The notes under the pieces were generated by a model, which was not told the origin of the DNA, did no database searches, and saw nothing but the letters and a program-made list of their open reading frames with translations. Positions 1-8,729 of a stretch of 64,000 nucleotides of DNA are shown here, piece by piece (position 1 is the stretch's first letter; each line of letters starts with the position of its first letter). Both the position numbers and the translations under genes were made by a program. Location of the stretch: the sequence record NC_048173.1; one strand, written 5' to 3'.

Positions 1-687
1 AGCGTACTGTTGGCGGCGGCTGCCAGTGTCACCGGTATCCCTAACGCCCTCCAGACACCGGCATGGCATAAGTTCATTCGTAACGGGAAAATCCTTTATC
101 TGCCCGACCAGATTATGGGTAGTACGGATTGGCGCTATTTGTATCAAGCCGGGTTCGTGTTCGGCGTCGATGCTAATGGCCCTCCCGGCGCAGTGCTCAC
201 CGGTGTAACCCCCACGAATCAGTTGCGTACGTTTGTCTTCAAAGGTAAAACGTATAAGATTCGTCTGCTGCGTGGGTGGAGTGATGGTCCGGAAACAGAT
301 ATCACCGCTTACAACGGCGCGGCCGCTAACCATGACAACATCGCGAATACCAAGGACAATGAGTTCAACGATTTAGTGTATGCGTTAAACATGTATACGC
401 CAAACAAGCAGCGCACGCCAAACTTCATTAACTTAGCGTGGGAAAAGTGGGTGGGTCAGCCTACCACAAACTGGAGTGATACTGCGAGTTTGAACGCATT
501 GATTGCGGCATATCGCATCACCTGTCAAGAACGTTGGCCTAATGGTAACGTGCTGTCTCGTGGGCAACGTGAGGTGACTTGGGGACCGAATGCCTCGCCC
601 CACACTCGCGCGCACGTCTCCAATGCTGCGGCCGCAGCCTACACCCAGTCGATGTACTGGTTGCCAGTTTTAGAACTTGTTGATTAA
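1..687 (+). CDS. Virion structural protein, paralog family A (5'-truncated by window edge)
   Basis: Frame is open from base 1. Shares WHKFIRNGKILYLPD, YQAGFVFGVD and C-terminal WLPVLELV motifs with the four downstream paralogs. Confidence 0.7.
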   Translation, partial: SVLLAAAASVTGIPNALQTPAWHKFIRNGKILYLPDQIMGSTDWRYLYQAGFVFGVDANGPPGAVLTGVTPTNQLRTFVFKGKTYKIRLLRGWSDGPETDITAYNGAAANHDNIANTKDNEFNDLVYALNMYTPNKQRTPNFINLAWEKWVGQPTTNWSDTASLNALIAAYRITCQERWPNGNVLSRGQREVTWGPNASPHTRAHVSNAAAAAYTQSMYWLPVLELVD

Positions 688-696
688 GGGATCAAA

Positions 697-1584
697 ATGG
701 GCATTAAATTAAATTGGGTAGACCAGTCTGTCCAGAACCTCGACGCGATTGAGATTTATCGTAGTACCTCGCCTATCGATTCAGACAACCCCGGCGCACC
801 GATTGCAACCTTACCGGGCACCGCGACGTCTTACGACGACACGACAGTAAAAAATAAAAACGTTTATTACTATCGCGTTGTCGCGAAGAAAGGAACCGAC
901 CGTAGCTGGGGACCAAACCAGTTCACTGGGTACTTTGCTGAAACCGGTCCGGGACGTCCCACACCATTGCGTGGCGATTGGAAAGCTGCGCTAATGGACA
1001 TTCTTGCCCCTGCAGATTTCATCACGAATGCTGCGTTGCGTGCGAAGGTGCCAGCTTTAGCCGCATTAACTGCAGGAGGAGAGCCCTCAGGCTGGTTTAA
1101 GATGTTTTGGAAAGGCAAAGTTTTCTTTGTGCCGAACGCAAACCTGATTACGGCGTCGTGGGGACAGGTGTACAATGCTGGGTTAGTGTACGGGGTTGAC
1201 GGTGTTGGTGACCGCCCGGCCGGTATTGGCGCGGGCACGGTGAATCAAAAAGTCACTGTGGACATCGGTGGCCGTCGTTACTTGATTCGTTGCCCGAAAC
1301 TTTCTTCGCTGCCCGAAACGTCTTTCGCCACCACACAGGCTGATACCCTCGGCTCCGAGTGGCGCGATACGATGGCACGTATGGTGCGAGAAACGGTAGA
1401 CCCACAACCGGGAAGTCTGACGCGACTGTATGATAATACGTCACTTCCCAACTTCTTCGGTTCCCACTACACGTCGGCTGGAAACATTATCATCCTGACG
1501 GGGACAAAACCTGAAAGCTACGCATCCATTGCAGGCGCAACTGCCGCCAGCGTTGGACTGGTATTAGAACTCATCATGCCGTAA
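697..1584 (+). CDS. Virion structural protein, family A (N-terminal FN3/Ig-like domain plus GPG domain)
   Basis: MGIKLNW..NLDAIEIYRS..PIATLPG..Y.D..YYYRV N-terminus is near-identical in pattern to 4126-5028. Ends VLELIMP. Confidence 0.75.
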   Translation: MGIKLNWVDQSVQNLDAIEIYRSTSPIDSDNPGAPIATLPGTATSYDDTTVKNKNVYYYRVVAKKGTDRSWGPNQFTGYFAETGPGRPTPLRGDWKAALMDILAPADFITNAALRAKVPALAALTAGGEPSGWFKMFWKGKVFFVPNANLITASWGQVYNAGLVYGVDGVGDRPAGIGAGTVNQKVTVDIGGRRYLIRCPKLSSLPETSFATTQADTLGSEWRDTMARMVRETVDPQPGSLTRLYDNTSLPNFFGSHYTSAGNIIILTGTKPESYASIAGATAASVGLVLELIMP

Positions 1585-1593
1585 GGAGGCCGT

Positions 1594-3123
1594 ATGGGAT
1601 TATACACACGTGGTTCGCTGGACTTATTGGGACAGCTTATCAAACGAGATAACCCCGGCTTCAAAGGCGAAATAAATAAGAGTACCGTGCTTGTATTAGG
1701 CGGTCCTTATACCTCTGGATTAGGCACAAGCGGGCGCAACACCCGCATTGTGTTGAATGGTAAGACAGGGTCTGGGGTGGTCGGTAAAAAAGAGTTTTTC
1801 TACGACCGCCTCAATATCGCCTCGATGTTCAACGGGATTACCGTTGTCTTCAAAGCCAATGGGCAATCAGCGACCGTGGCTGACTTGTTACCCGCCCTTA
1901 ACGAACAATACGGTTTAGGTTTAACAGCGGAAGATATCACCAACGGCTCTACAAAGCTCGGTACCGGCTATTCGCCGACACCGGTGACTCTGACTATCTC
2001 TTCAGCTTCTGTGGCGTACACAGGCTCCCTGAGCGTGATTTGGACACGTACCCCTGCAGGTGTATTCCCCGAGTCAGGCCCGGGCAGTAAAGTTATGCTC
2101 GTTGGCTCAATGAACGAAGGCTATTTTGGACTGGTTAGTGAAGCAGAGTTGTTTAATGCGCCTGCTATGCTTTCCAAGATAAACGAAGGGCAAGATGTGC
2201 CCAAAGGCACACTCTATCCTTCCCCGACTGTAAAACAGTGGTTCAAATTTGCCCGTGACGGAAAGATACTGTACATTGCAAACTATAACCACCTTACCAT
2301 CCCATGGCAAGACCTGTATGTTCGGGGTGCCGTTTATGAAACAGATATCCCCGAATCGGAACAGTACCCTCAGAACGGTGTGAAAGTTCCCCAACGTTTA
2401 GCCATGAAGAAAACCGAAAGTGGTCGCGATTGGTATTTGTCACCGTGCATGCCACGACTATCTTCCAGTTCACTGCTCGCGTTTACCACAGCAAACCCAA
2501 CCCCCGACCCCACCGGTGACGTTGCTAGGCTGTACAGCAAAGTTATTGCCGGTGGCGGTTATGCTACGGCGGAGTGGGACGTGCAGAGCGTCGACGGGAA
2601 CGGTTATTGGCAGTCTACTGTTAATATCGATAACACTAAGCAAGCGTTTGGCGCAAGCATGGTGGGTCTGCAGCAGAATGTCTACGATACGGTAACCTTC
2701 GTGGGCGGGTGGCGGCCGGTTCTCGAGTTAATTGACGTCTCTAAGGTGGTACTACCGTTAGAAGATTTCATAGGACAACAAAGCGGCACGTTACGCAAAC
2801 CGTTGTTCACCATCAGTCCGGATACCGGTGAAATATTGTTAATTGTTAGCGACATCGCATGGGAGATACAAGGTGCCTTAGATAAGCCCCTGATAAGTAT
2901 TACCCCATCGCCGTTTTTATCGCTTCATGAATTTGATTGGGCTCTTGCTACCGGCACGCAACTTCCCTTAGTAAATATCGCACCATTACCACCCGTCTCA
3001 ACCGAACAATACAACTGGCAAAAATTACTCCGCTCACCTGTTCTTCAAATTCATGCCGAATACAAGGAAGTAATTGCTGTTGATTTAAGTACCCTTAACG
3101 GTAATTTGGACGGCTTTAAATAA
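1594..3123 (+). CDS. Virion structural protein, chimeric (family B N-domain plus family A domain)
   Basis: TAAGGAGG RBS. N-terminal GRNTRIVL/GKKEFFYDRL motifs as in 5081-6181, central GPGSKVMLVGSMNEGYFG and WRPVLEL as in family A, C-terminal LDGFK. Confidence 0.75.
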   Translation: MGLYTRGSLDLLGQLIKRDNPGFKGEINKSTVLVLGGPYTSGLGTSGRNTRIVLNGKTGSGVVGKKEFFYDRLNIASMFNGITVVFKANGQSATVADLLPALNEQYGLGLTAEDITNGSTKLGTGYSPTPVTLTISSASVAYTGSLSVIWTRTPAGVFPESGPGSKVMLVGSMNEGYFGLVSEAELFNAPAMLSKINEGQDVPKGTLYPSPTVKQWFKFARDGKILYIANYNHLTIPWQDLYVRGAVYETDIPESEQYPQNGVKVPQRLAMKKTESGRDWYLSPCMPRLSSSSLLAFTTANPTPDPTGDVARLYSKVIAGGGYATAEWDVQSVDGNGYWQSTVNIDNTKQAFGASMVGLQQNVYDTVTFVGGWRPVLELIDVSKVVLPLEDFIGQQSGTLRKPLFTISPDTGEILLIVSDIAWEIQGALDKPLISITPSPFLSLHEFDWALATGTQLPLVNIAPLPPVSTEQYNWQKLLRSPVLQIHAEYKEVIAVDLSTLNGNLDGFK

Positions 3124-3135
3124 GAGGACTCCTAC

Positions 3136-4113
3136 ATGGCTTTAAAACTTAAATGGAAAAACCCCAACAAGGGGGCGACTACCATCGACATTTATCGCGG
3201 CAATACTGCCCAAGTTGACACGACCACCCCGCTTGTGACGTTATCCAACGGTGAAACCGAATGGGTTGACACCGGTGCGCTGTTCGGGAAGACGTATTAT
3301 TACGTGTGGGCGGTAAACACCACTAACGACCGTGTAGTCAGTCGACCTCAAAAAATTGAAGTGTCTGACCGTCGGGGTCCCGGGTCTAACTTGCTGTTAC
3401 AGGGTAATGAAAGTTACGGATACTACGGGGCTGTGCTGGCGGCGGACTTCATTAACAGCAACACTATTTTGTCGGCATTAAAGTCGCTTTCAAGCATCCC
3501 GTCAACTCTTGTCTACCCAACATGGCATAAGTTTACTCGCAACGGTAATATCTTGTTTGTACCTGACCAAGGTTTCGGCGATGTGGCTTGGAATGCGCTC
3601 TATACAGCGGGTGCCGTTTATGGCACTAACGACAACGGGCCAGAAGGCACGCCGCAAAACGTGAATCAACTTTGCACGTTTGAACTTAATGGTGATCTGT
3701 TTAAAATCCGGGTGCCTAAAGGTTACCCCGATGGGTTAACATGGGCGGGAACAACGGACACGTTGAATACCATGCCAGAAGCCGCCGGTAAGTATTCCGA
3801 ATACGAAGACCTTTTCTACCCGTTACTGCAACTTACCCCGCTGCGTAAACGTATGGTTACTGTCGCGGCCGTTAACGCTAACAGCGTCATTACCTCCCGT
3901 TACGGCACTGACGGCTCTGCCATTGGCGTATTGTGTCAAGAGGTACAGGGTAATAATAACTTACGTCGTGGTCAAAGCCCGTACAACTACGGGGCAGCCA
4001 CCCGCGGCACCGTAGAAACCTGTGCCGCTCGTGGGAAGACCCAAGCGTTGTGTTGGTGGCCAATTGTCGAATATATCGGTCGCGTTGGCGAAGTCGATTT
4101 GGCGCATTTATAA
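3136..4113 (+). CDS. Virion structural protein, family A
   Basis: MALKLKW..IDIYRG..Y.YVW, GPGSNLLLQGNESYGYYG, WHKFTRNGNILFVPD, WWPIVEY motifs. GAGGA RBS. Confidence 0.75.
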   Translation: MALKLKWKNPNKGATTIDIYRGNTAQVDTTTPLVTLSNGETEWVDTGALFGKTYYYVWAVNTTNDRVVSRPQKIEVSDRRGPGSNLLLQGNESYGYYGAVLAADFINSNTILSALKSLSSIPSTLVYPTWHKFTRNGNILFVPDQGFGDVAWNALYTAGAVYGTNDNGPEGTPQNVNQLCTFELNGDLFKIRVPKGYPDGLTWAGTTDTLNTMPEAAGKYSEYEDLFYPLLQLTPLRKRMVTVAAVNANSVITSRYGTDGSAIGVLCQEVQGNNNLRRGQSPYNYGAATRGTVETCAARGKTQALCWWPIVEYIGRVGEVDLAHL

Positions 4114-4125
4114 GGAGTTTAAATA

Positions 4126-5028
4126 ATGGGTATTCAATTAAACTGGGACAGCCAAACCGACCAGAACCTTGACGCTATCGAAATCTACCGCTCTGACAAA
4201 CCCATCGATGAAAACAATCCAGGTAGCCCGATTGCTACGCTTGCAGGCGATGCAGTAGGCTACAACGATACCAATGTGCGTGTCGGTAATACGTACTACT
4301 ACGTTATCGCGGTGGTAAAAGGCGGCAATCGCTCGTTTACGGCAAACCAAACGCAGGGTTATTATTCTAACCTTGGTCCGGGTGGGCAGGTAATCACCCG
4401 CGGCGACTGGGTACGCGGGTATTTCGGTGAAATGACCACAACTGAGTGGGTGACAGTTTTAGATGTTACCAACAAGATTAAAGACCAGCTGAAGTCTTTA
4501 ACAGGAATCACACTCAGGACAGATACGAATAACCTTTGGTACAAATTCGTGTACAAAGGGAAGATTCTGTTTATCCCTAGCGTGCAGATGATTACCAGCA
4601 CCAACTGGCAAAATGGGTATAATGCCGGGTTCATCTACGGAACAGATGACTTCGGCAAAACCCCAGACGGTGATGCAGGTAATGTCAACCAACGTGTGGT
4701 CATTGAACTTGGCGGGTATCAATTTATTGCGCGTGCTATTCGACTTTCGGATAAACCTACCACGCAGTATCTGACAGACCCGTTAGACTTTAACGACAGC
4801 GAATGGAAAGGAACGTATGCCCGCTTGCGAGCAGATGCGGCTGCGCTGACGGATGCAACTATCCAAACCCGTATCGGTGACCTCGGTTCGGTTGTCGGGA
4901 CAGGGTCGGCACATATGGCAGATACCACTAATCTTGCTACTGTGTCTAACTCCGCGCCAGAAACGTTAACCAAAGCAGTGAAGACTGCATCCATTAACTG
5001 GATGGTTGTGTTAGAACTGTTGCCGTAA
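4126..5028 (+). CDS. Virion structural protein, family A
   Basis: Closest paralog of 697-1584. TAAGGAG RBS. Ends WMVVLELLP. Confidence 0.75.
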   Translation: MGIQLNWDSQTDQNLDAIEIYRSDKPIDENNPGSPIATLAGDAVGYNDTNVRVGNTYYYVIAVVKGGNRSFTANQTQGYYSNLGPGGQVITRGDWVRGYFGEMTTTEWVTVLDVTNKIKDQLKSLTGITLRTDTNNLWYKFVYKGKILFIPSVQMITSTNWQNGYNAGFIYGTDDFGKTPDGDAGNVNQRVVIELGGYQFIARAIRLSDKPTTQYLTDPLDFNDSEWKGTYARLRADAAALTDATIQTRIGDLGSVVGTGSAHMADTTNLATVSNSAPETLTKAVKTASINWMVVLELLP

Positions 5029-5082
5029 AAAAAATAAGAGTAACTACTCTCCCTTTCGGGAGAGTAGTCTCTTTTCTTTTTT
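5028..5082. terminator. Bidirectional intrinsic terminator
   Basis: A-tract, ACTACTCTCCC-TTTC-GGGAGAGTAGT hairpin and T-tract between convergent genes. Confidence 0.85.
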
Positions 5083-5596
5083 AGACGAAACCGTCCAGCT
5101 CAGCGTTCTTCCACGCCAGTACATCTTTACCGGTATAAATGCGGAAGACGTAGCTCCCCTGCCACTTTAAATGATCGGGGCTAAAGGTCAATTTAATATC
5201 ACGGTATTCGTCCTGATTCTCATCCTGACGCAGTTCGGTACGTGCGATAGTGACTTCTTCCATTGTGACCGGATGGTTAGGAAGGGCCCGGTTCATCGTT
5301 GACAGCACCATGTCATCGCTGTCCCAGTTGTACTGGGCATCGTTAACGATACTGCTCGGCACGTCTTCCCCGTTCGGGTGAGTAAAGTTAAACCGGAAGA
5401 AGTGGTATTCTTTACTTCCTGTAAAATTAGGACTGTCTACTTTGGCAGTAATTACTAACGCGGTGTTGCGAGTATCGCCTTCGCCGGACGGGGCGTAATT
5501 CGTGGGGTTACCAAACTCAACATCAGATAAAGCTAAACCCAAGTCTGGGTTTTTGGCATTAATCATGCCAATGAACTCTTCCTGCAATGTAGCCAT
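5081..5596 (-). CDS. Small virion structural protein, family B
   Basis: GGAGG RBS. INAKNP, TRNTALVI, GSKEYHFFRF and C-terminal ELDGFV motifs are shared with 5654-6181. Confidence 0.7.
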   Translation of the reverse strand: MATLQEEFIGMINAKNPDLGLALSDVEFGNPTNYAPSGEGDTRNTALVITAKVDSPNFTGSKEYHFFRFNFTHPNGEDVPSSIVNDAQYNWDSDDMVLSTMNRALPNHPVTMEEVTIARTELRQDENQDEYRDIKLTFSPDHLKWQGSYVFRIYTGKDVLAWKNAELDGFV

Positions 5597-5611
5597 TTCG
5601 TACCTCCAAAG

Positions 5612-5639
5612 AAAAAATAAAGAGGGGCCAAAGCCCCTC
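5612..5639 (-). terminator. Intrinsic terminator
   Basis: GAGGGGC-TTTG-GCCCCTC followed by TTTATTTTTT on the minus strand. Confidence 0.75.
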
Positions 5640-5653
5640 CAGATTATTTACCC

Positions 5654-6181
5654 TTAAGCGGTAAAGCCGTCCAGTTCACCGTCAGTGGTGCTCAGGTCGG
5701 TTTTCACGATCTCTTCAGTTACCGTGTAGGTCGCGATCTGACCTTCATGGTACTTGATGTGGCCGGGGTTGATAGACACGCTGATAACTAGTGGGTCTTC
5801 ATCGGTGCCAGTACCGTCACGAGTGATAGACAGTTCAGCCAGGGTAAACGCGTCTTCCGCGCGACCTGCGGCAATCACGTCAGCGTTCAGGATAGCCAGC
5901 ACTTCTGCATCAGTATCCCAGTCAGCCAGATCTGCAGTTACCGCTTTCGGACCGACAACACCGGCAGACAGACGGATGTAGTGCAGTTCGACGTTACTGG
6001 TGAAGTGTTCACTTTCTGCTTTCGCAGTGATGGTCACTTTGGAGTCACGACCGCCAGTACCGCCATCCAGTGCGGTGGCGATGCTGAAGTCAACGTCAGC
6101 AACAGACAGTGCCTGTGCCAGACTTGGGTTTTTGGTGTTAAACAATTCTACCAGCTGCTGCTCGAAACTTTTAATGGCCAT
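5654..6181 (-). CDS. Small virion structural protein, family B (likely abundant)
   Basis: FNTKNP, GRDSKVTI, LHYIRL and C-terminal ELDGFTA motifs. Codon usage is skewed to CTG/AAC/TTC/ATC/CGT. Confidence 0.7.
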   Translation of the reverse strand: MAIKSFEQQLVELFNTKNPSLAQALSVADVDFSIATALDGGTGGRDSKVTITAKAESEHFTSNVELHYIRLSAGVVGPKAVTADLADWDTDAEVLAILNADVIAAGRAEDAFTLAELSITRDGTGTDEDPLVISVSINPGHIKYHEGQIATYTVTEEIVKTDLSTTDGELDGFTA

Positions 6182-6228
6182 GTTGCAATTCCCTCTGTTA
6201 ACAGTTGAGGTGACGGGGAGTCGTCATA

Positions 6229-6268
6229 AGAAAAAGACTAAACCGCTATCCCGACGAAAGGATAGCGG
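6229..6268 (-). terminator. Intrinsic terminator
   Basis: CCGCTATCC/GGATAGCGG stem followed by TTTAGTCTTTTTC on the minus strand. Confidence 0.7.
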
Positions 6269-6273
6269 CCAGA

Positions 6274-6798
6274 TTACAGGTTCGGAACGATTTTATTCCA
6301 TTCGATAGGGTGTTGTTTAATCACTGTTACCACACCACGAGTCGGTGACCAGACGGTTAAGTCCGGTTGGTTACGTACATCGAAATGGAACCAACTGATA
6401 TCGGTTTCGAGGAAGTGGATGAACGGGAATTCATTCGGGTTCTGCTGAATATACGCCCGTACAGCTTGCGGGGTGTAACTAACAAACGTTAAGTCCATCG
6501 CCCCGCCGTATTTGTGCATGCTGTCAGACGCCGCATAAAGCTCCAGAGCGCGTTCTTTATAATTGCCACCCTTTGGTTGCTCTTGATTAATAAAGAACTG
6601 TAGCGTGCGTACAGAGCGCTGTGTCATGCCTTTCGCAGGCGAGTTGACAATGATAGCGCCGAATTTGTTACGTAGCTGCTGTAAGGTGAGCATCACCAAC
6701 GGGTTAATGATGTACGCAGCGTTCTTACCCCGACGTTTGATGATGTCCGGCGGCATTAACTCTTCGAGTTTAAACTGGTTGGGGTTGGGCTGAAACAT
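6274..6798 (-). CDS. Peptidase M15-type Zn peptidoglycan peptidase
   Basis: Arg in RSVRT, S-x-H-x-x-G-x-A-x-D (SMHKYGGAMD) and WFHFDVR motifs supply the His/Asp/His zinc ligands of family M15A. Confidence 0.75.
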   Translation of the reverse strand: MFQPNPNQFKLEELMPPDIIKRRGKNAAYIINPLVMLTLQQLRNKFGAIIVNSPAKGMTQRSVRTLQFFINQEQPKGGNYKERALELYAASDSMHKYGGAMDLTFVSYTPQAVRAYIQQNPNEFPFIHFLETDISWFHFDVRNQPDLTVWSPTRGVVTVIKQHPIEWNKIVPNL

Positions 6799-7462
6799 TT
6801 GACTCTCCTGCGGTAGGGATAGGGTAGGTCAGAAATGCGCGTTTCACATTTAAGTAATGCACGTGCGCCTGTTGCGTGGTTCGTACCATGGTCATGTCCT
6901 GTGGTGGAATACCCACCGTTGGGAACTCACGGACGAACTCGTAGTTGGCGTTCATGTTAAACGTGTACGCGTTCGGTTTAAAGTAAATGCATCCTTTGTT
7001 GTTGTCGATAAACGACGTCAAGCCAAAATGCTTCACTGCCAAATAAAAGGACTGACGTGTAACCCAATTTACCCCGAGCGCTTTCATGGCATACAGGAAC
7101 ATGCGGTCAGCAAAGGTCTTGTCGATGAAGACGTTCAGTTTTCCTACGCCGTCGGAATGGTAGTTACCGATAATCGGAATCTTCTGGTAGAGCAGGTCGT
7201 GCAATGCGGCAGCAGGGCCGTAGTCGCCTTCCGGTTTAAACAAAAACTGGAGCTGTGTGGGTATTGATGCTAAATCGGTTACAAACCCTTTCGGGGCAAC
7301 CAAATATAAAGGCGTGTCGGCTTTTAACCCGGTTTCCTTTAAAATGACCTCGAGACGTGTCGGGTCGTCCTCAAACAGACCAGCTAAAGTAAAACCGAAG
7401 GTGTAGTCTTTCGTTAAGATAAACCACTGCTTATCAAAACGACAATACTCAAACTTATCCAT
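6770..7462 (-). CDS. DUF1353-like protein
   Basis: APKGFVTDLASIP, AAALHDLLY and ADRMFLYAM motifs typical of DUF1353. Confidence 0.75.
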   Translation of the reverse strand: MDKFEYCRFDKQWFILTKDYTFGFTLAGLFEDDPTRLEVILKETGLKADTPLYLVAPKGFVTDLASIPTQLQFLFKPEGDYGPAAALHDLLYQKIPIIGNYHSDGVGKLNVFIDKTFADRMFLYAMKALGVNWVTRQSFYLAVKHFGLTSFIDNNKGCIYFKPNAYTFNMNANYEFVREFPTVGIPPQDMTMVRTTQQAHVHYLNVKRAFLTYPIPTAGESNVSAQPQPV

Positions 7463-7493
7463 CTTGTTATCCTTCGTTTTACGTGGGGGTCAT

Positions 7494-7528
7494 AAAAAAA
7501 GAACAAAGGTGTGCCCCGAAGGGCACAC
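7494..7528 (-). terminator. Intrinsic terminator ending the peptide/radical SAM transcript
   Basis: GTGTGCCC-TTCG-GGGCACAC followed by CTTTGTTCTTTTTTT on the minus strand. Confidence 0.85.
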
Positions 7529-7530
7529 GC

Positions 7531-8187
7531 TTACAACTCAGCGATAAACTTCTCTTTCAAACCTTTGAGCGTCGTGTAATCACTTTTCTCAGCGGCAGTA
7601 CGAGCAGTCTGTTTAAAGTCGGTCATCTTTTCATGCAGCGCATTGGTACGCGCAACAATGGCTTCGTTCAACGCTTTCAAATCATCCAGCGTGAATTCGA
7701 ATTTCGCATTGTTGGTATCGACCCAGTAACCCGGATCTTGCTCTGTCGAAAGGTAACGACTAATCGCCGCCAGCGCCTTCTCATCGGTCTGGTAAACCCG
7801 GCCATTCAGTTCGAGTGGAGCGACCACTGCTTCACTGTACGCTTGGTTCACCCACGCAATGAGTTCGGTCAGTAACGCGACACACTTCCCGTGCGTCGAG
7901 ATACGCTCCGCCTGACGTTGAGCCAAATCAATCCCCAGCACATCACTGATAAAGGTGTGTGCAGACTTGAGCGTGAACTTAATCTCCAGTGGAGACAAGC
8001 CCTGCGCTTTCAGTTGGGTTGACAGCTCATCGTCTTTCATCCCATCCAGCAACCGGTAGTGTGCCAGACGAGACAACGACGGGTTCCAACGCGAGTCACT
8101 TAAATGCCCGTCCACAAACTGGCCGTGACGGTCAATCAGTTTCCCGCTGTTGAGGAAGCGATCTTTTATTTGGTCATTACTAAGCAT
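7531..8187 (-). CDS. DUF4376-like tail-fibre assembly-associated protein
   Basis: C-terminal half LNGRVYQTDEKALAAI..WVDTNNAKFEFTLDDLKALNEAI..KQTARTA matches the DUF4376 pattern from recall. Confidence 0.65.
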   Translation of the reverse strand: MLSNDQIKDRFLNSGKLIDRHGQFVDGHLSDSRWNPSLSRLAHYRLLDGMKDDELSTQLKAQGLSPLEIKFTLKSAHTFISDVLGIDLAQRQAERISTHGKCVALLTELIAWVNQAYSEAVVAPLELNGRVYQTDEKALAAISRYLSTEQDPGYWVDTNNAKFEFTLDDLKALNEAIVARTNALHEKMTDFKQTARTAAEKSDYTTLKGLKEKFIAEL

Positions 8188-8729
8188 TCAGTTTTCCCCA
8201 GGATGCCGACGTCTTTCAGCAGACCGTAGTCGAGGAACGAATAGTCCTTCGCCAAGTCATACTGCCAAACGAGGTTAGACACGCGCGATTCCACCGGCGT
8301 TTCTTCAGCAGTGTTGAACACCCCGATATGATCCCACAGCTCAAAGTAGTTGCACTGGTCTTTATTGTCGCGCACCACTTTGATTTTGTTATTCGGGAAC
8401 GACTGCGCCAAAGCAATCAGCGAGTCAACCTGCTTGTTACGCTTTGCACGGAACAGCACAGTCAACTTGCTCGGCGGGGTATCCAGCATACGCTGCTCTA
8501 AGCCGGCGTTACGCAGTTCAGCGTTCGCCAGTGAGTTATGGCCGTTCTCCACACAGTCCAGCTCAATGTGCACGTTCAGCGAGTGACGGATAACCAGCTT
8601 TTTCACTGTGTCGGTGTAGTTCTCTGCTTTACACAGGATGCTTACATCGAACAGCTTATGCTTCGTCAGAAAGGCATCCAGCAGCGTGGTATCAAGCCGA
8701 GTAAAATTGTGAATCATCAATGACTGCAT
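8166..8729 (-). CDS. Hypothetical protein of the radical SAM locus (187 aa)
   Basis: Start moved from the ORF-track 8879 to ATG 8729, which has an AGGA upstream and less overlap with the rSAM gene. No family recognised. Confidence 0.6.
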   Translation of the reverse strand: MQSLMIHNFTRLDTTLLDAFLTKHKLFDVSILCKAENYTDTVKKLVIRHSLNVHIELDCVENGHNSLANAELRNAGLEQRMLDTPPSKLTVLFRAKRNKQVDSLIALAQSFPNNKIKVVRDNKDQCNYFELWDHIGVFNTAEETPVESRVSNLVWQYDLAKDYSFLDYGLLKDVGILGKTECLVMTK

